From positions 1 to 41,051 of the forward strand of contig JAICZD010000001.1 in the NCBI GenBank assembly GCA_025933855.1: a stretch of 41,051 nucleotides of DNA, in the 5' to 3' direction. The notes under the pieces are model-generated. The model had not been told where the DNA came from. It was given only the letters and a program-made list of their open reading frames with translations, and did no database searches. Positions 29,401 through 35,853 of this stretch are shown here, in pieces (the first letter of the stretch is position 1; every line of letters begins with the position of its first letter). Made by a program: the position numbers and the translations under genes. Source of the DNA: Modestobacter sp. Lineage in GTDB: Bacteria > Actinomycetota > Actinomycetes > Mycobacteriales > Geodermatophilaceae.

Positions 29401-29918
29401 GGGCGGCACCGGCCGGCATCGGCTGGGTTCCGGTCGTGCACCAGGGCAACGGCGCGGCCTCCCCCGAGGAGGCAGCCGTGGTCGTCGAGCTGGTCGCCGA
29501 CCTGGTCGGCTGCAGCTGGGCGGCCGGCGGCATCCCCCGGGTCATGGGTCAGGCCGACGTGCTGGTGGTGACGCCGTACAACGCGCAGGTGAACCAGCTG
29601 CGCAGCGCGCTGGCGGGCGCCGGGTTCGGCGAGGTCGAGGTCGGCACCGTCGACAAGTTCCAGGGCCGGGAGGCCGCCGTCGCCGTGTTCTCCCTCGCGT
29701 CCTCCAGCGGGGCGCACGTGCCGCGGCGGCTGGACTTCCTGCTCGACCGGCACCGGCTGAACGTGGCGCTGTCCCGGGCGAAGACCGTCGCCTACCTGGT
29801 GGCCAGCCCGGCGCTGCTGACCTCACCGGTGCAGACGCCGGAGCAGCTGCGGCTGGTGAACGCGCTGTGCCGGCTGGTCGAGACGGCCACCGCGGCGCGC
29901 TTGGCCCCGGCCCATTGA
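26481..29918 (+). CDS. TM0106-family RecB/Cas4-like nuclease + DEDD exonuclease + SF1 (UPF1/Dna2-like) helicase
   Basis: RBS AAGGAG before GTG 26481. Motifs GHADFL..DTKLA..QMAVY, C + CxxCx5C, FFDIEG..YSIK.VE..YNRDD, QGPPGAGKT, DEAGQ, GDPQQL, TPYNAQV, TVDKFQGREA, RLNVALSRAK. Confidence 0.92.
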   Translation: MYEADGGLVVSASDLTGFLECEHLTRLSLEVARGRRPRPTATDPMTELVARHGIDHEARHLQRLRDRGLSVVQIVPPAGKDAAALRQAQADTLAAMRAGADVVYQATFFDGDWRGHADFLLKRADRVSDLGPWAYDIADTKLARRIKVPAILQMAVYGDLLAALQGVPPERLTVLTGDQQELTFAYADAEAYARTARDRFSARLADGNLAPPYPNAHCGVCPWRETCTQRWREEDALSLVAFMRRDHATTLTEAGIATVAELAARRPDELPDAIGRTSRQRLTQQARLQLDERVTGQPSYEFLPRERGRGFERLPPPSAGDLFFDIEGDPFAGDAGLEYLWGVLDTRSRFTAFWGCDPAAGDQSAAERRAFEALVDHLAAAYAADPSMHVFHYAPYEPTRLKTLSARLQTREAEVDRLLRADVLVDLYAVVRQGLRLSKESYSIKQVEDFYRGHTRAHGEQVSDAGESIVAFERWLTTRDQALLDQIEAYNRDDCVSTRELRDWLEARRVELLAAGAPLGRPEDGDPDGSAENAAAQALREDLEARLLDGLPDTGRTPEQQATWMLAQQLGWHARESRSAWWEYFRLRDLQADDLERETAALGPLAEPQLVGARRRSQLWRYSFPPQETKVSAGGRFEHLLPAADGTRPTSSVVDVDPTAGWVVLARAASSSHEHPTGLLPTAPPSDTLFRSALAALGEQVAGTGIVAPGPLRAARDLLLRSGPRLVPGARAPAGEEPADAVRRLAGQLDGGLLAVQGPPGAGKTHTGARAVVDLVRAGRRVGLTASSHKVIGNLLDAVMAAAREAGVPVRAVQKAEDLQRCSDPDVECVGSNGDVVRALDAGDVDLVAGTSWLFAREDLAGRLDVLVVDEAGQLSLANTLAVSRAAANLVLLGDPQQLRQPGRGIHPDGADVSALQHVLGEDDVLRPDRGVFLDRSWRMAPALCRVVSELSYGGQLQPAPVTAGNVLDTPPRWAAPAGIGWVPVVHQGNGAASPEEAAVVVELVADLVGCSWAAGGIPRVMGQADVLVVTPYNAQVNQLRSALAGAGFGEVEVGTVDKFQGREAAVAVFSLASSSGAHVPRRLDFLLDRHRLNVALSRAKTVAYLVASPALLTSPVQTPEQLRLVNALCRLVETATAARLAPAH

Positions 29919-29982
29919 CGTGCCGGTGCCCTACGGTCGGGGTCGGGGCACCGGGGCGTTCCCGGGCCGGAGGGGGTTCGCC

Positions 29983-30132
29983 ATGCTGCTGCGATTCCTG
30001 CTGGTGCTGCTGGTCGTGTGGATCGCGCTGACCGTGATCGGCGCCGTGATCAAGGGCCTGTTCTGGCTCGCCGTCGTCGGGCTCCTGCTGTTCCTGGGCA
30101 CCGCCGCGTTCGGTGCCGCCCGCCGCCGCTGA
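29983..30132 (+). CDS. 49-aa two-helix membrane protein
   Basis: RBS GGAGGGGG. Sequence MLLRFLLVLLVVWIALTVIGAVIKGLFWLAVVGLLLFLGTAAFGAARRR. Confidence 0.75.
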   Translation: MLLRFLLVLLVVWIALTVIGAVIKGLFWLAVVGLLLFLGTAAFGAARRR

Positions 30133-30553
30133 CCCGGCGGGGTCCGCGACCGTCGTCCTGGTCGACGTGGCCAACGTCGTCGGATCGCGCCCGGACGGCT
30201 GGTGGCGGGACCGCGCCGGCGCCACCGGCCGGCTGCTGAGCCGGCTCGCCACCCTGCCCGGCACGACCACGACCGGCCCGGACGGCGCGCCGCTGCACGT
30301 CACCGCGCTGGTCGCGGTGGTCGAGGGCCAGGCCCGCGCGGTCGCCGGTCCGGTCGGGGTCCAGCTGGTGCGGGCGGCCGGCAGCGGGGACGACGCCCTG
30401 GCCGAGACGGCCGCGGCGCTGGCCGACCGGGACGGGGAACTGCTGGTGGTGACGGCCGACCGGGGGCTGCGGGCCCGGCTGCCCCGCACGGCCCGGCTCG
30501 CCGGTCCCCGCTGGCTGCTGGATGCCGTCGACCGGCCGACTGCCTGCGGGTAG
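30113..30553 (+). CDS. PIN/NYN-like domain protein
   Basis: Acidic PIN-type pattern VLVDVANVVGSRPDGWWRDR, VVEG, SGDD, VVTADRGLR. The start is uncertain. Confidence 0.7.
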   Translation: MPPAAADPAGSATVVLVDVANVVGSRPDGWWRDRAGATGRLLSRLATLPGTTTTGPDGAPLHVTALVAVVEGQARAVAGPVGVQLVRAAGSGDDALAETAAALADRDGELLVVTADRGLRARLPRTARLAGPRWLLDAVDRPTACG

Positions 30554-30752
30554 CGCCGCCTACCCCGGCCGGCGGGTGCGAAACGGGAAATCCGGCGTTC
30601 ACCCGCGTGGCCACACTCACGGCCCCGTGACACGTGTCGTACCCGCATGCGCCACCTTTGCCTGGCACCGTGGAGATCAGCGCCCGAGGTCGTGTGCTCA
30701 CCGACCCCCTGGCCGCCATCCCGGCGGCCCCCGCGTCCCCGCGAAGGTTCTC

Positions 30753-32132
30753 ATGCCCCGTTCTCCCGTCCTGTCCCGCGCTCGCGTTCCCGGCGCGGAC
30801 CTGGTCCGCGCCGCCTCCCGCCGGGCGACCCCGCAGCCGCTGAACCGGTTGCGGGCTGCCGTCGCGGTGCTCTTCGCCCTGGACGGCTTCGTCTTCGGCA
30901 GCTGGGCCGCCCGCGTCCCCGACGTCGCGGCCGCCACCGGCGCCGGCTCCTCCGCACTGGGGGTCGCCCTGCTGTGCCTGTCGGTGGGTGCGCTGGCCTC
31001 GATGCAGCTCACCGGCGCGCTGTGCGCCCGCGTCGGGCCCGGCCTGGTCAGCGTCCTGGCCGGGCTCGGGGTCAGCGCCGCCGCGGTGCTCCCCGGGCTG
31101 GCCGGCACCGTGCCGGTGCTGTGCGCGGCGCTGCTGGTTTTCGGCGCCGTGACCGGCATGGTCAACGTCGCCGCGAACAGCTTGGGCGTGCAGGTGGAGG
31201 CGCGCGCCGGCCGGCCGCTGCTGTCCGGGCTGCACGCCGCCTTCAGCGGTGGCGGCCTGCTCGGCGCCCTGGCCGGCGGCCTGCTCTCCACCTCCCTGCC
31301 GGTCGCCCTCCACCTGGCCGGCGTGGCCGCGGTGGGGCTGGCCGCGATGGCGTGGGCGGCGCCGATCCTGCTGGGTGCCGGCCGCAGCCCTGCCCCGGCC
31401 CGGCCGCGCTCCGACGGCGCCGCCCCCGCCGGCGGGCGCCCCACGGCGGCCCTGGTGCTGCTCGGTGCCGTGGCCGGGGCGACCGCCTACGGCGAGGGTG
31501 CGCTCAGCGACTGGGGAGCGCTGCACCTGCGGGAGCAGCTGCACGCCGCCCCCGCCCTGGCGGCCGCCGGCTACGCCGGGTTCTCCTGCGCGATGGCCGC
31601 CGGACGGCTGGCCGGCGGGCAGCTGGTCCTGGCTCTCGGCGAGCGCCGGCTGCTGGTCGGCGGTTCCCTGCTGGCCGCCGCCGGCTCCCTCGCGGCGGTG
31701 ACCACGACGTCGCTGCCGATCGCGCTGGGCGGGTACGCCGTCGTCGGGCTGGGGCTGGCCAACGTCTTTCCGCTGGCCATCGCCCGCGCCGGTGCCCTCG
31801 GTGGCCCGTCCGGCGTCGCGCTGTCGACGACCGTCGGCTACACCGGCCTGCTCGGCGGCCCGCCGATGATCGGGTTCCTGGCCGAGCACGCCGGCCTGCC
31901 CACCGCGCTGGGCACCGTCGCGCTGCTGGCGGTGCTCGCCGCCGTCCTCGTGCTCGGCCTGGACGGCGACCGGATCCGTCGCCCGGCGCTGCCGCGGAAC
32001 GGTGAGGGCTGGGTGCTGCCGGTGACGGCGGGTCTGCGCCCGGTGGCGATCCGCATGCGGCCGGTGGCCGTCCGGGTGCGCGGCGGTGCCGGCAGCTACC
32101 TGCGGGACCTGCAGCAGCTCTCCGTCGCCTGA
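30753..32132 (+). CDS. MFS transporter (YbjJ-like)
   Basis: About 12 TM helices. Motifs FALDGFVFGSWAARVP, LHAAFSGG, EGALSDW, GRLAG, ANVFP, GYTGLLGGPPMIG. Confidence 0.88.
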   Translation: MPRSPVLSRARVPGADLVRAASRRATPQPLNRLRAAVAVLFALDGFVFGSWAARVPDVAAATGAGSSALGVALLCLSVGALASMQLTGALCARVGPGLVSVLAGLGVSAAAVLPGLAGTVPVLCAALLVFGAVTGMVNVAANSLGVQVEARAGRPLLSGLHAAFSGGGLLGALAGGLLSTSLPVALHLAGVAAVGLAAMAWAAPILLGAGRSPAPARPRSDGAAPAGGRPTAALVLLGAVAGATAYGEGALSDWGALHLREQLHAAPALAAAGYAGFSCAMAAGRLAGGQLVLALGERRLLVGGSLLAAAGSLAAVTTTSLPIALGGYAVVGLGLANVFPLAIARAGALGGPSGVALSTTVGYTGLLGGPPMIGFLAEHAGLPTALGTVALLAVLAAVLVLGLDGDRIRRPALPRNGEGWVLPVTAGLRPVAIRMRPVAVRVRGGAGSYLRDLQQLSVA

Positions 32133-32165
32133 ACCCGGGAGTGCCGGCCGGTGGCCCGCTCGGCG

Positions 32166-32237
32166 TTGACCGGGCCGCCGGCCGGGCTGGACGCTGACCC
32201 TTCCGCCCGGGAGACCGAGCACCGGAGGCCAGCGATG
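32166..32237 (+). promoter_or_regulatory. Putative promoter, RBS and ATG of the former eut operon
   Basis: TTGACC(32166-71)-N18-GACGCT(32190-95); RBS GGAGG 32224-28; ATG 32235. Confidence 0.4.
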
Positions 32238-32592
32238 ACGGCGCCCCGCGCCGCCTCCCCGGCCCGCTGCTGGTCAACACCGTGGTCGGCTTCATCGGCC
32301 CGGAGTACCTCTACGACGGCAAGCAGGTGATCCGGGCCGGCCTGGAGGACCACTTCTGCGGCAAGCTGCTCGGCCTGCCGATGGGCGTGGACGTCTGCTA
32401 CGCCAACCACGCCGAGGTCGACGGCGACGACACCGACACGTTGACGCTGCTGCTCGGCGCCGCCGGGTGCGCGTTCGTGATCGCCGTCCCCGGTTCGGAC
32501 GACGTGATGCTGCACTACCAGTCGCTGTCGTTCACGACGTGCTCACCGCCCGGCAGGTGCTCGACCTCCGGCCGGCTCCGTCCCTCCGGTGA
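32235..32592 (+). pseudogene. eutB: Ethanolamine ammonia-lyase large subunit remnant
   Basis: PLLVNTVVGFIGPEYLYDGKQVIRAGLEDHFCGKLLGLPMGVDVCY.NH...DDVMLHYQSLSF, then a 1-nt deletion near 32533 and (H)DVLTARQVLDLRPAP..TGA. Most of the N-terminal part is missing, and the ATG is out of frame. Confidence 0.9.
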
Positions 32593-32925
32593 CCACCCCC
32601 GAGGGCCAAAGTCGCGACTTTGGCCCTCGCGAGGACCCGTGGGCGGTGTTGCGCGGCGCGACCCGCGCCCGGGTGGCGCTGGCCGCGGCCGGCGTGGGGG
32701 CCGACGTGCTGGAGGTCCGCTCGCAGGCGCCGGACCGGGCGACCTACCTGCAGCGCCCGGATCTGGGACGGCGGCTCGCTTCGGGCACCGACCTGGCTGG
32801 GCTACGGGCGGGCTGCCGACACGCTGGTCGCCCTGCTCGTCGGCACCCGGGAGCTGGGCGCATCGGGAGTGGCGCTCGAGGACGAGGGCGCCGCCCTGCC
32901 GCCGGGGGCCGACCGGAGTCAATAG
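32589..32925 (+). pseudogene. eutC: Ethanolamine ammonia-lyase small subunit remnant
   Basis: GTGA overlap with the eutB stop. Three EutC blocks are joined by deletions and a frameshift: DPWAVLRGATRARVALAAAG | VLEVRSQAPDRATYLQRPDLGRRL | LGYGRAADTLVALL...SGVALEDE. Confidence 0.85.
32600..32629. repeat. Perfect 30-bp palindrome (REP-like)
   Basis: CGAGGGCCAAAGTCG|CGACTTTGGCCCTCG. Confidence 0.9.
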
Positions 32926-32965
32926 GTGGCGGAAACCGTCATCGGGGGACTCCACCGGGGCGGCG

Positions 32966-33250
32966 TCAGCGGCGGACGAGCTTGCCCGCCGCCATCACCT
33001 TGCTGAGCAGGAGCTCCATCGGGTGCCGCTCGGGCGGCCCGATCACCGCCGGCCAGTCGGGCACCAGGTCCGGATCGGCGCCGATGGTGCTGGCGGCCTC
33101 CTCGGTGACCGCGGTCGCCCGGTTGTGCAGCCGGTCGCGGACGTCGTCGGCCGTGTAGGTCCGCCGGTGCCGCTCGTGCCGCAGGAGGACGGCGCCGGTG
33201 GCAGCGACACCTGCGAGACCGGCGACTCCGAAGAACTTTCCGAGGCGCAT
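32966..33250 (-). CDS. Small hypothetical protein with an N-terminal hydrophobic helix
   Basis: MRLGKFFGVAGLAGVAATGAVLLRHERHRRTYTADDVRDRLHNR...; TACCGT plus 7 nt before the ATG. Confidence 0.7.
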   Translation of the reverse strand: MRLGKFFGVAGLAGVAATGAVLLRHERHRRTYTADDVRDRLHNRATAVTEEAASTIGADPDLVPDWPAVIGPPERHPMELLLSKVMAAGKLVRR

Positions 33251-33256
33251 GTCACC

Positions 33257-33263
33257 TACGGTA
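33257..33263. promoter_or_regulatory. Overlapping bidirectional -10 element (TACGGTA)
   Basis: TACGGT(+) lies 6 nt before GTG 33269 and TACCGT(-) lies 7 nt before ATG 33250. The two start codons are 18 bp apart. Confidence 0.65.
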
Positions 33264-33268
33264 TCGGC

Positions 33269-33931
33269 GTGGCAGACATCACATACCGCCCCGGCGCCGC
33301 CGGCGTGCGGGCACTGTCCCTCGACGAGGCCTGCGAGCTCACCCGCACCGGCGACGTGTGGTTGTTCCGGGGCGGCTCGCTGGCCGACCGGGCGATCCAG
33401 ACGGTGACCAACGCACCGGTCAACCACGTGGGCATGGCCGTCGTGATCGACGACCTGCCGCCGCTGCTCTGGCATGCCGAACTGGGCCACGGGCTGCGCG
33501 ACGCCTGGAGCGGCCGGCACCAGCGCGGGGTCCAGTTGCACGACCTGCACGACGCCGCCTGCGTGTGGCGCAACCGGTACGGGCAGCGGGCCTGGATGCG
33601 CCAGCTGGTCGGGCCGGCCGACGACGGCGGGGTGACCCGGCAGATGGAGGATGCCGTCCTGTGCACGATCGCCCGGCTGGACGGCAAGCCGTTCCCGACG
33701 ACCCGGGGCCTGGCGCGGGGCTGGCTCAACGGCCGGCTCCGGCGGCACGCCAGCAACGACACGGTCTTCTGCGCGGAGCTGCTCGCGGCCACCTACAGCG
33801 CCATGGGCCTGCTGCCGGGCAAGCGGCCGGTGAGTTCCTACGACCCGGGCAGCTTCTGGTCCGGCGACCGGCTCGAATTGGTGGACGCCACGCTCGGTCC
33901 CGAGGTGCAGGTCGACGTCCCGACGCTCTGA
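33269..33931 (+). CDS. Permuted papain-like NlpC/P60 (YiiX/YebB-type) enzyme
   Basis: TGDVWLFRG, N-H-VGMAV (His), and a late F-C-AELLA..Y..MGLL (Cys after His, i.e. permuted order). Confidence 0.8.
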   Translation: MADITYRPGAAGVRALSLDEACELTRTGDVWLFRGGSLADRAIQTVTNAPVNHVGMAVVIDDLPPLLWHAELGHGLRDAWSGRHQRGVQLHDLHDAACVWRNRYGQRAWMRQLVGPADDGGVTRQMEDAVLCTIARLDGKPFPTTRGLARGWLNGRLRRHASNDTVFCAELLAATYSAMGLLPGKRPVSSYDPGSFWSGDRLELVDATLGPEVQVDVPTL

Positions 33932-33956
33932 CCGGCCGGTGCCGGCGAGCCGCGGC

Positions 33957-34703
33957 TCAGCCGGAGGCCGGGCCGCACACCGACGAGGGGTCGGCGCGGC
34001 CGCTGACCACGTCGGCAGCCAGGTCGTCGACCATGCGCCCGGAGGCGTAGGCGTGGGCACGGAGCCGGTCCAGCGCCTCCGCCGCCGGCACGTCGTGCGC
34101 CAGGCCGGTCAGCCCGATCGCCTGCCAGACGAGCGCCCGCCGCTCGGCGGCCGGGCCGTGCAACCAGGGCGGCCCGTCGGCCGCGGACCAGTCCGACCAG
34201 ACCGCCGCCTCGCTGAGCGCCTGGCTCACCAGGTCCCCGGCGCCCATCGCGCTGAGGACGTCGAGGGTGGCCACGTCGGCCGGGTCGGTGAAGTACAGGT
34301 CCATCGCGCCCAAGCCGGCCAGGTCGTAGCGCAGCGGGAGCGCGACGACCCCCCGGAAAGGGGTCTCCTGCACCAGCAGGTCGTGGAAGGCCGGCCAGCG
34401 TGCGCGGAGGTCGTCGTCGACCACGAAGACGGGCTGGCCAGAATCCATGGCCTGCGTGCACGGCCCGGCACCGACGGTGAACTGCAACCGCTCGGCCCGG
34501 GTGGACGGCTCGTCACTCGCGCCCAGCGGCGCCCGCCGGTCGTTCCCGGTGCGGACGCACAGGCCGGCACCGTCCACCGGCAGCACCCGGGTCACCGCCC
34601 GTGACAGCCGGACCGGCAGCAGCTCGGGTCCGTCGTCCTCCTCGGCCGACACGGCCGACAGGGCCGACGCGAACCGCTCGGCCAAGGACGTCCAGGTGCT
34701 CAT
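33957..34703 (-). CDS. GAF + ANTAR domain protein
   Basis: GAF segment VDGAGL..LGASD..AERLQFTVGAGPC..RWPAF..ALPL..GAMDLY; ANTAR segment VWQAIG......AEALDRLRAHAYASGR..DLA. Confidence 0.88.
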   Translation of the reverse strand: MSTWTSLAERFASALSAVSAEEDDGPELLPVRLSRAVTRVLPVDGAGLCVRTGNDRRAPLGASDEPSTRAERLQFTVGAGPCTQAMDSGQPVFVVDDDLRARWPAFHDLLVQETPFRGVVALPLRYDLAGLGAMDLYFTDPADVATLDVLSAMGAGDLVSQALSEAAVWSDWSAADGPPWLHGPAAERRALVWQAIGLTGLAHDVPAAEALDRLRAHAYASGRMVDDLAADVVSGRADPSSVCGPASG

Positions 34704-34781
34704 GGGGTCAAGCATGCGCCTCGGCCGGGCGGCCGCTACGTCCGCACCGGCTGCGGACCCGCTCGCGCGACGACCGGCCGA

Positions 34782-35126
34782 TCAGTTCTCGTGCTCGCGC
34801 AGCTCCCGGCGGGCGTCGTCCCGTTCGTCGCGGGCGTGCTCGGCGACGGCCAGGGCGTCGGCCAGGTCGTCCTGCAGACCCAGGATGACCTGGGCGGAGG
34901 CCAGCAGGTGACCGTCGTCGAGCAGGCCGCGGACCCGGGCGGCGCGCTCGAGCTGGTGGCGGGAGTACCGCCGGTGACCGCCGGCGGAACGGTGCGGCTC
35001 CAGCACGCCGGCGGAGTCCAGGCTGCGCAGGAAAGCGGCCTGGACCCCGAGCAGCTCGGCCGCCTGGCTCATGGTGAGCACCGGGTGGTCGGGGTCGTCG
35101 AGGGGGCCGAGCGGGTCGGTGCTCAT
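34782..35126 (-). CDS. MerR-family (HspR-like) transcriptional regulator
   Basis: LTMSQAAELLGVQAAFLRSLD..GVLEPHRSAGGHRRYS, followed by a coiled coil; RBS GGAG. Confidence 0.9.
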   Translation of the reverse strand: MSTDPLGPLDDPDHPVLTMSQAAELLGVQAAFLRSLDSAGVLEPHRSAGGHRRYSRHQLERAARVRGLLDDGHLLASAQVILGLQDDLADALAVAEHARDERDDARRELREHEN

Positions 35127-35156
35127 GGGCCACTCCGAGGTCCGGGGCCGGAACGA

Positions 35157-35189
35157 GGAAGGGACGGGACCCCCGGTCCCGTCCCTTCC
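35157..35189 (-). terminator. Perfect 15-bp hairpin between hsp20 and the MerR gene
   Basis: GGAAGGGACGGGACC-ccc-GGTCCCGTCCCTTCC. Confidence 0.7.
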
Positions 35190-35205
35190 GTGGTGCCGCG
35201 GTCGG

Positions 35206-35697
35206 TCAGCTCTCGACCGACTTCTGGGCGGACTCGCCCTCCACGGTGCGGGCCTCCACGGCGGACGGCGTGTCGGCCCGGCTGACGGTGATCTTGCGGG
35301 CCTTCGCCTTCTCGGCCACCGGGATGCTCACGGTCAGCACCCCGTCGTGGTAACTGGCTTCCAGCCGGTCGGTGTCCAGGCTGCGGCCCAGCACCAGCTG
35401 GCGGGTGTAGCTGCCGAACGGACGCTCGGCGACCGCCCACTCGGCGCCCTCGAGCTGCGGTACGGAGCGCTCGGCGCTGATGGTCAGCGTGGTGCCCTCC
35501 ACGGACAGGTCGATGGAGCCGGGGTCGACGCCGGGCAGGTCGAAGTGGGCGACGAAGTTGTCACCCACCCGGTAGGCGTCCATCGGCATGCCGGCCAGCG
35601 CGCGGGCGGTGGTGGTGCCGGAACGGCCGGTCAGCTGGTCGAGCGCACGCATGGCGGCGGAGGTCGCGGCGAACGGGTCGTAGGAAGTCAGCAGCAT
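35206..35697 (-). CDS. Hsp20/alpha-crystallin small heat-shock protein (Hsp18-like)
   Basis: RBS GGAGGT, ATG 35697. Motifs YDPF, MPMDAYR, FDLPGVDP, ERPFGSYTRQL, ASYHDGVLTVSIPV. Confidence 0.93.
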   Translation of the reverse strand: MLLTSYDPFAATSAAMRALDQLTGRSGTTTARALAGMPMDAYRVGDNFVAHFDLPGVDPGSIDLSVEGTTLTISAERSVPQLEGAEWAVAERPFGSYTRQLVLGRSLDTDRLEASYHDGVLTVSIPVAEKAKARKITVSRADTPSAVEARTVEGESAQKSVES

Positions 35698-35757
35698 GGC
35701 TGGGTACCTCCAGGGGTCGTGCGGTCTGCGGTCCTGAGTGCGTTGCCACCGGGGAAC

Positions 35758-35802
35758 CTTCAGTGGCAACTGAAGATTACCTCGACCGTCCACTGTTGTA
35801 AA
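35758..35802 (-). promoter_or_regulatory. hsp20 promoter with overlapping palindromic operator
   Basis: Minus strand TTTACA(35802-797)-N17-TAATCT(35779-774). The palindrome CTTCAGT-N4-ACTGAAG at 35758-35775 covers the predicted transcription start. Confidence 0.7.
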
Positions 35803-35853
35803 CCGCGGTCGTGGCCGAATTCTGCTGGCTCTCGCGTCATGGACCGGCCGCCG

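Noticed and set aside
21635-29753. Very long minus-strand ORFs (1252 aa and 1205 aa) and similar shadows throughout
   Set aside because: They are antisense to well-supported genes, lack motifs, and are expected given stop-codon scarcity at high GC.
30572-30680. Possible cobalamin riboswitch upstream of the MFS gene (AAACGGGAAATCCGGCG)
   Set aside because: Only the GGGAA-CCGG fragment resembles it. No GCCACTG/GGGAAG core or B12 box is discernible. An Infernal search with the Rfam Cobalamin model would settle it.
32282-33931. 549-aa ORF apparently fusing EutB to an NlpC/P60 domain
   Set aside because: It is a chance open frame created by the eutB frameshift. The middle is junk overlapping eutC fragments and an antisense gene, and the NlpC/P60 gene has its own start at 33269.
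32235-34703. ANTAR protein as regulator of the nearby eut remnant (EutV analogy)
   Set aside because: It is a GAF-ANTAR protein, not a receiver-ANTAR. It is separated by unrelated genes, and I saw no twin-hairpin ANTAR motif in the eut leader.
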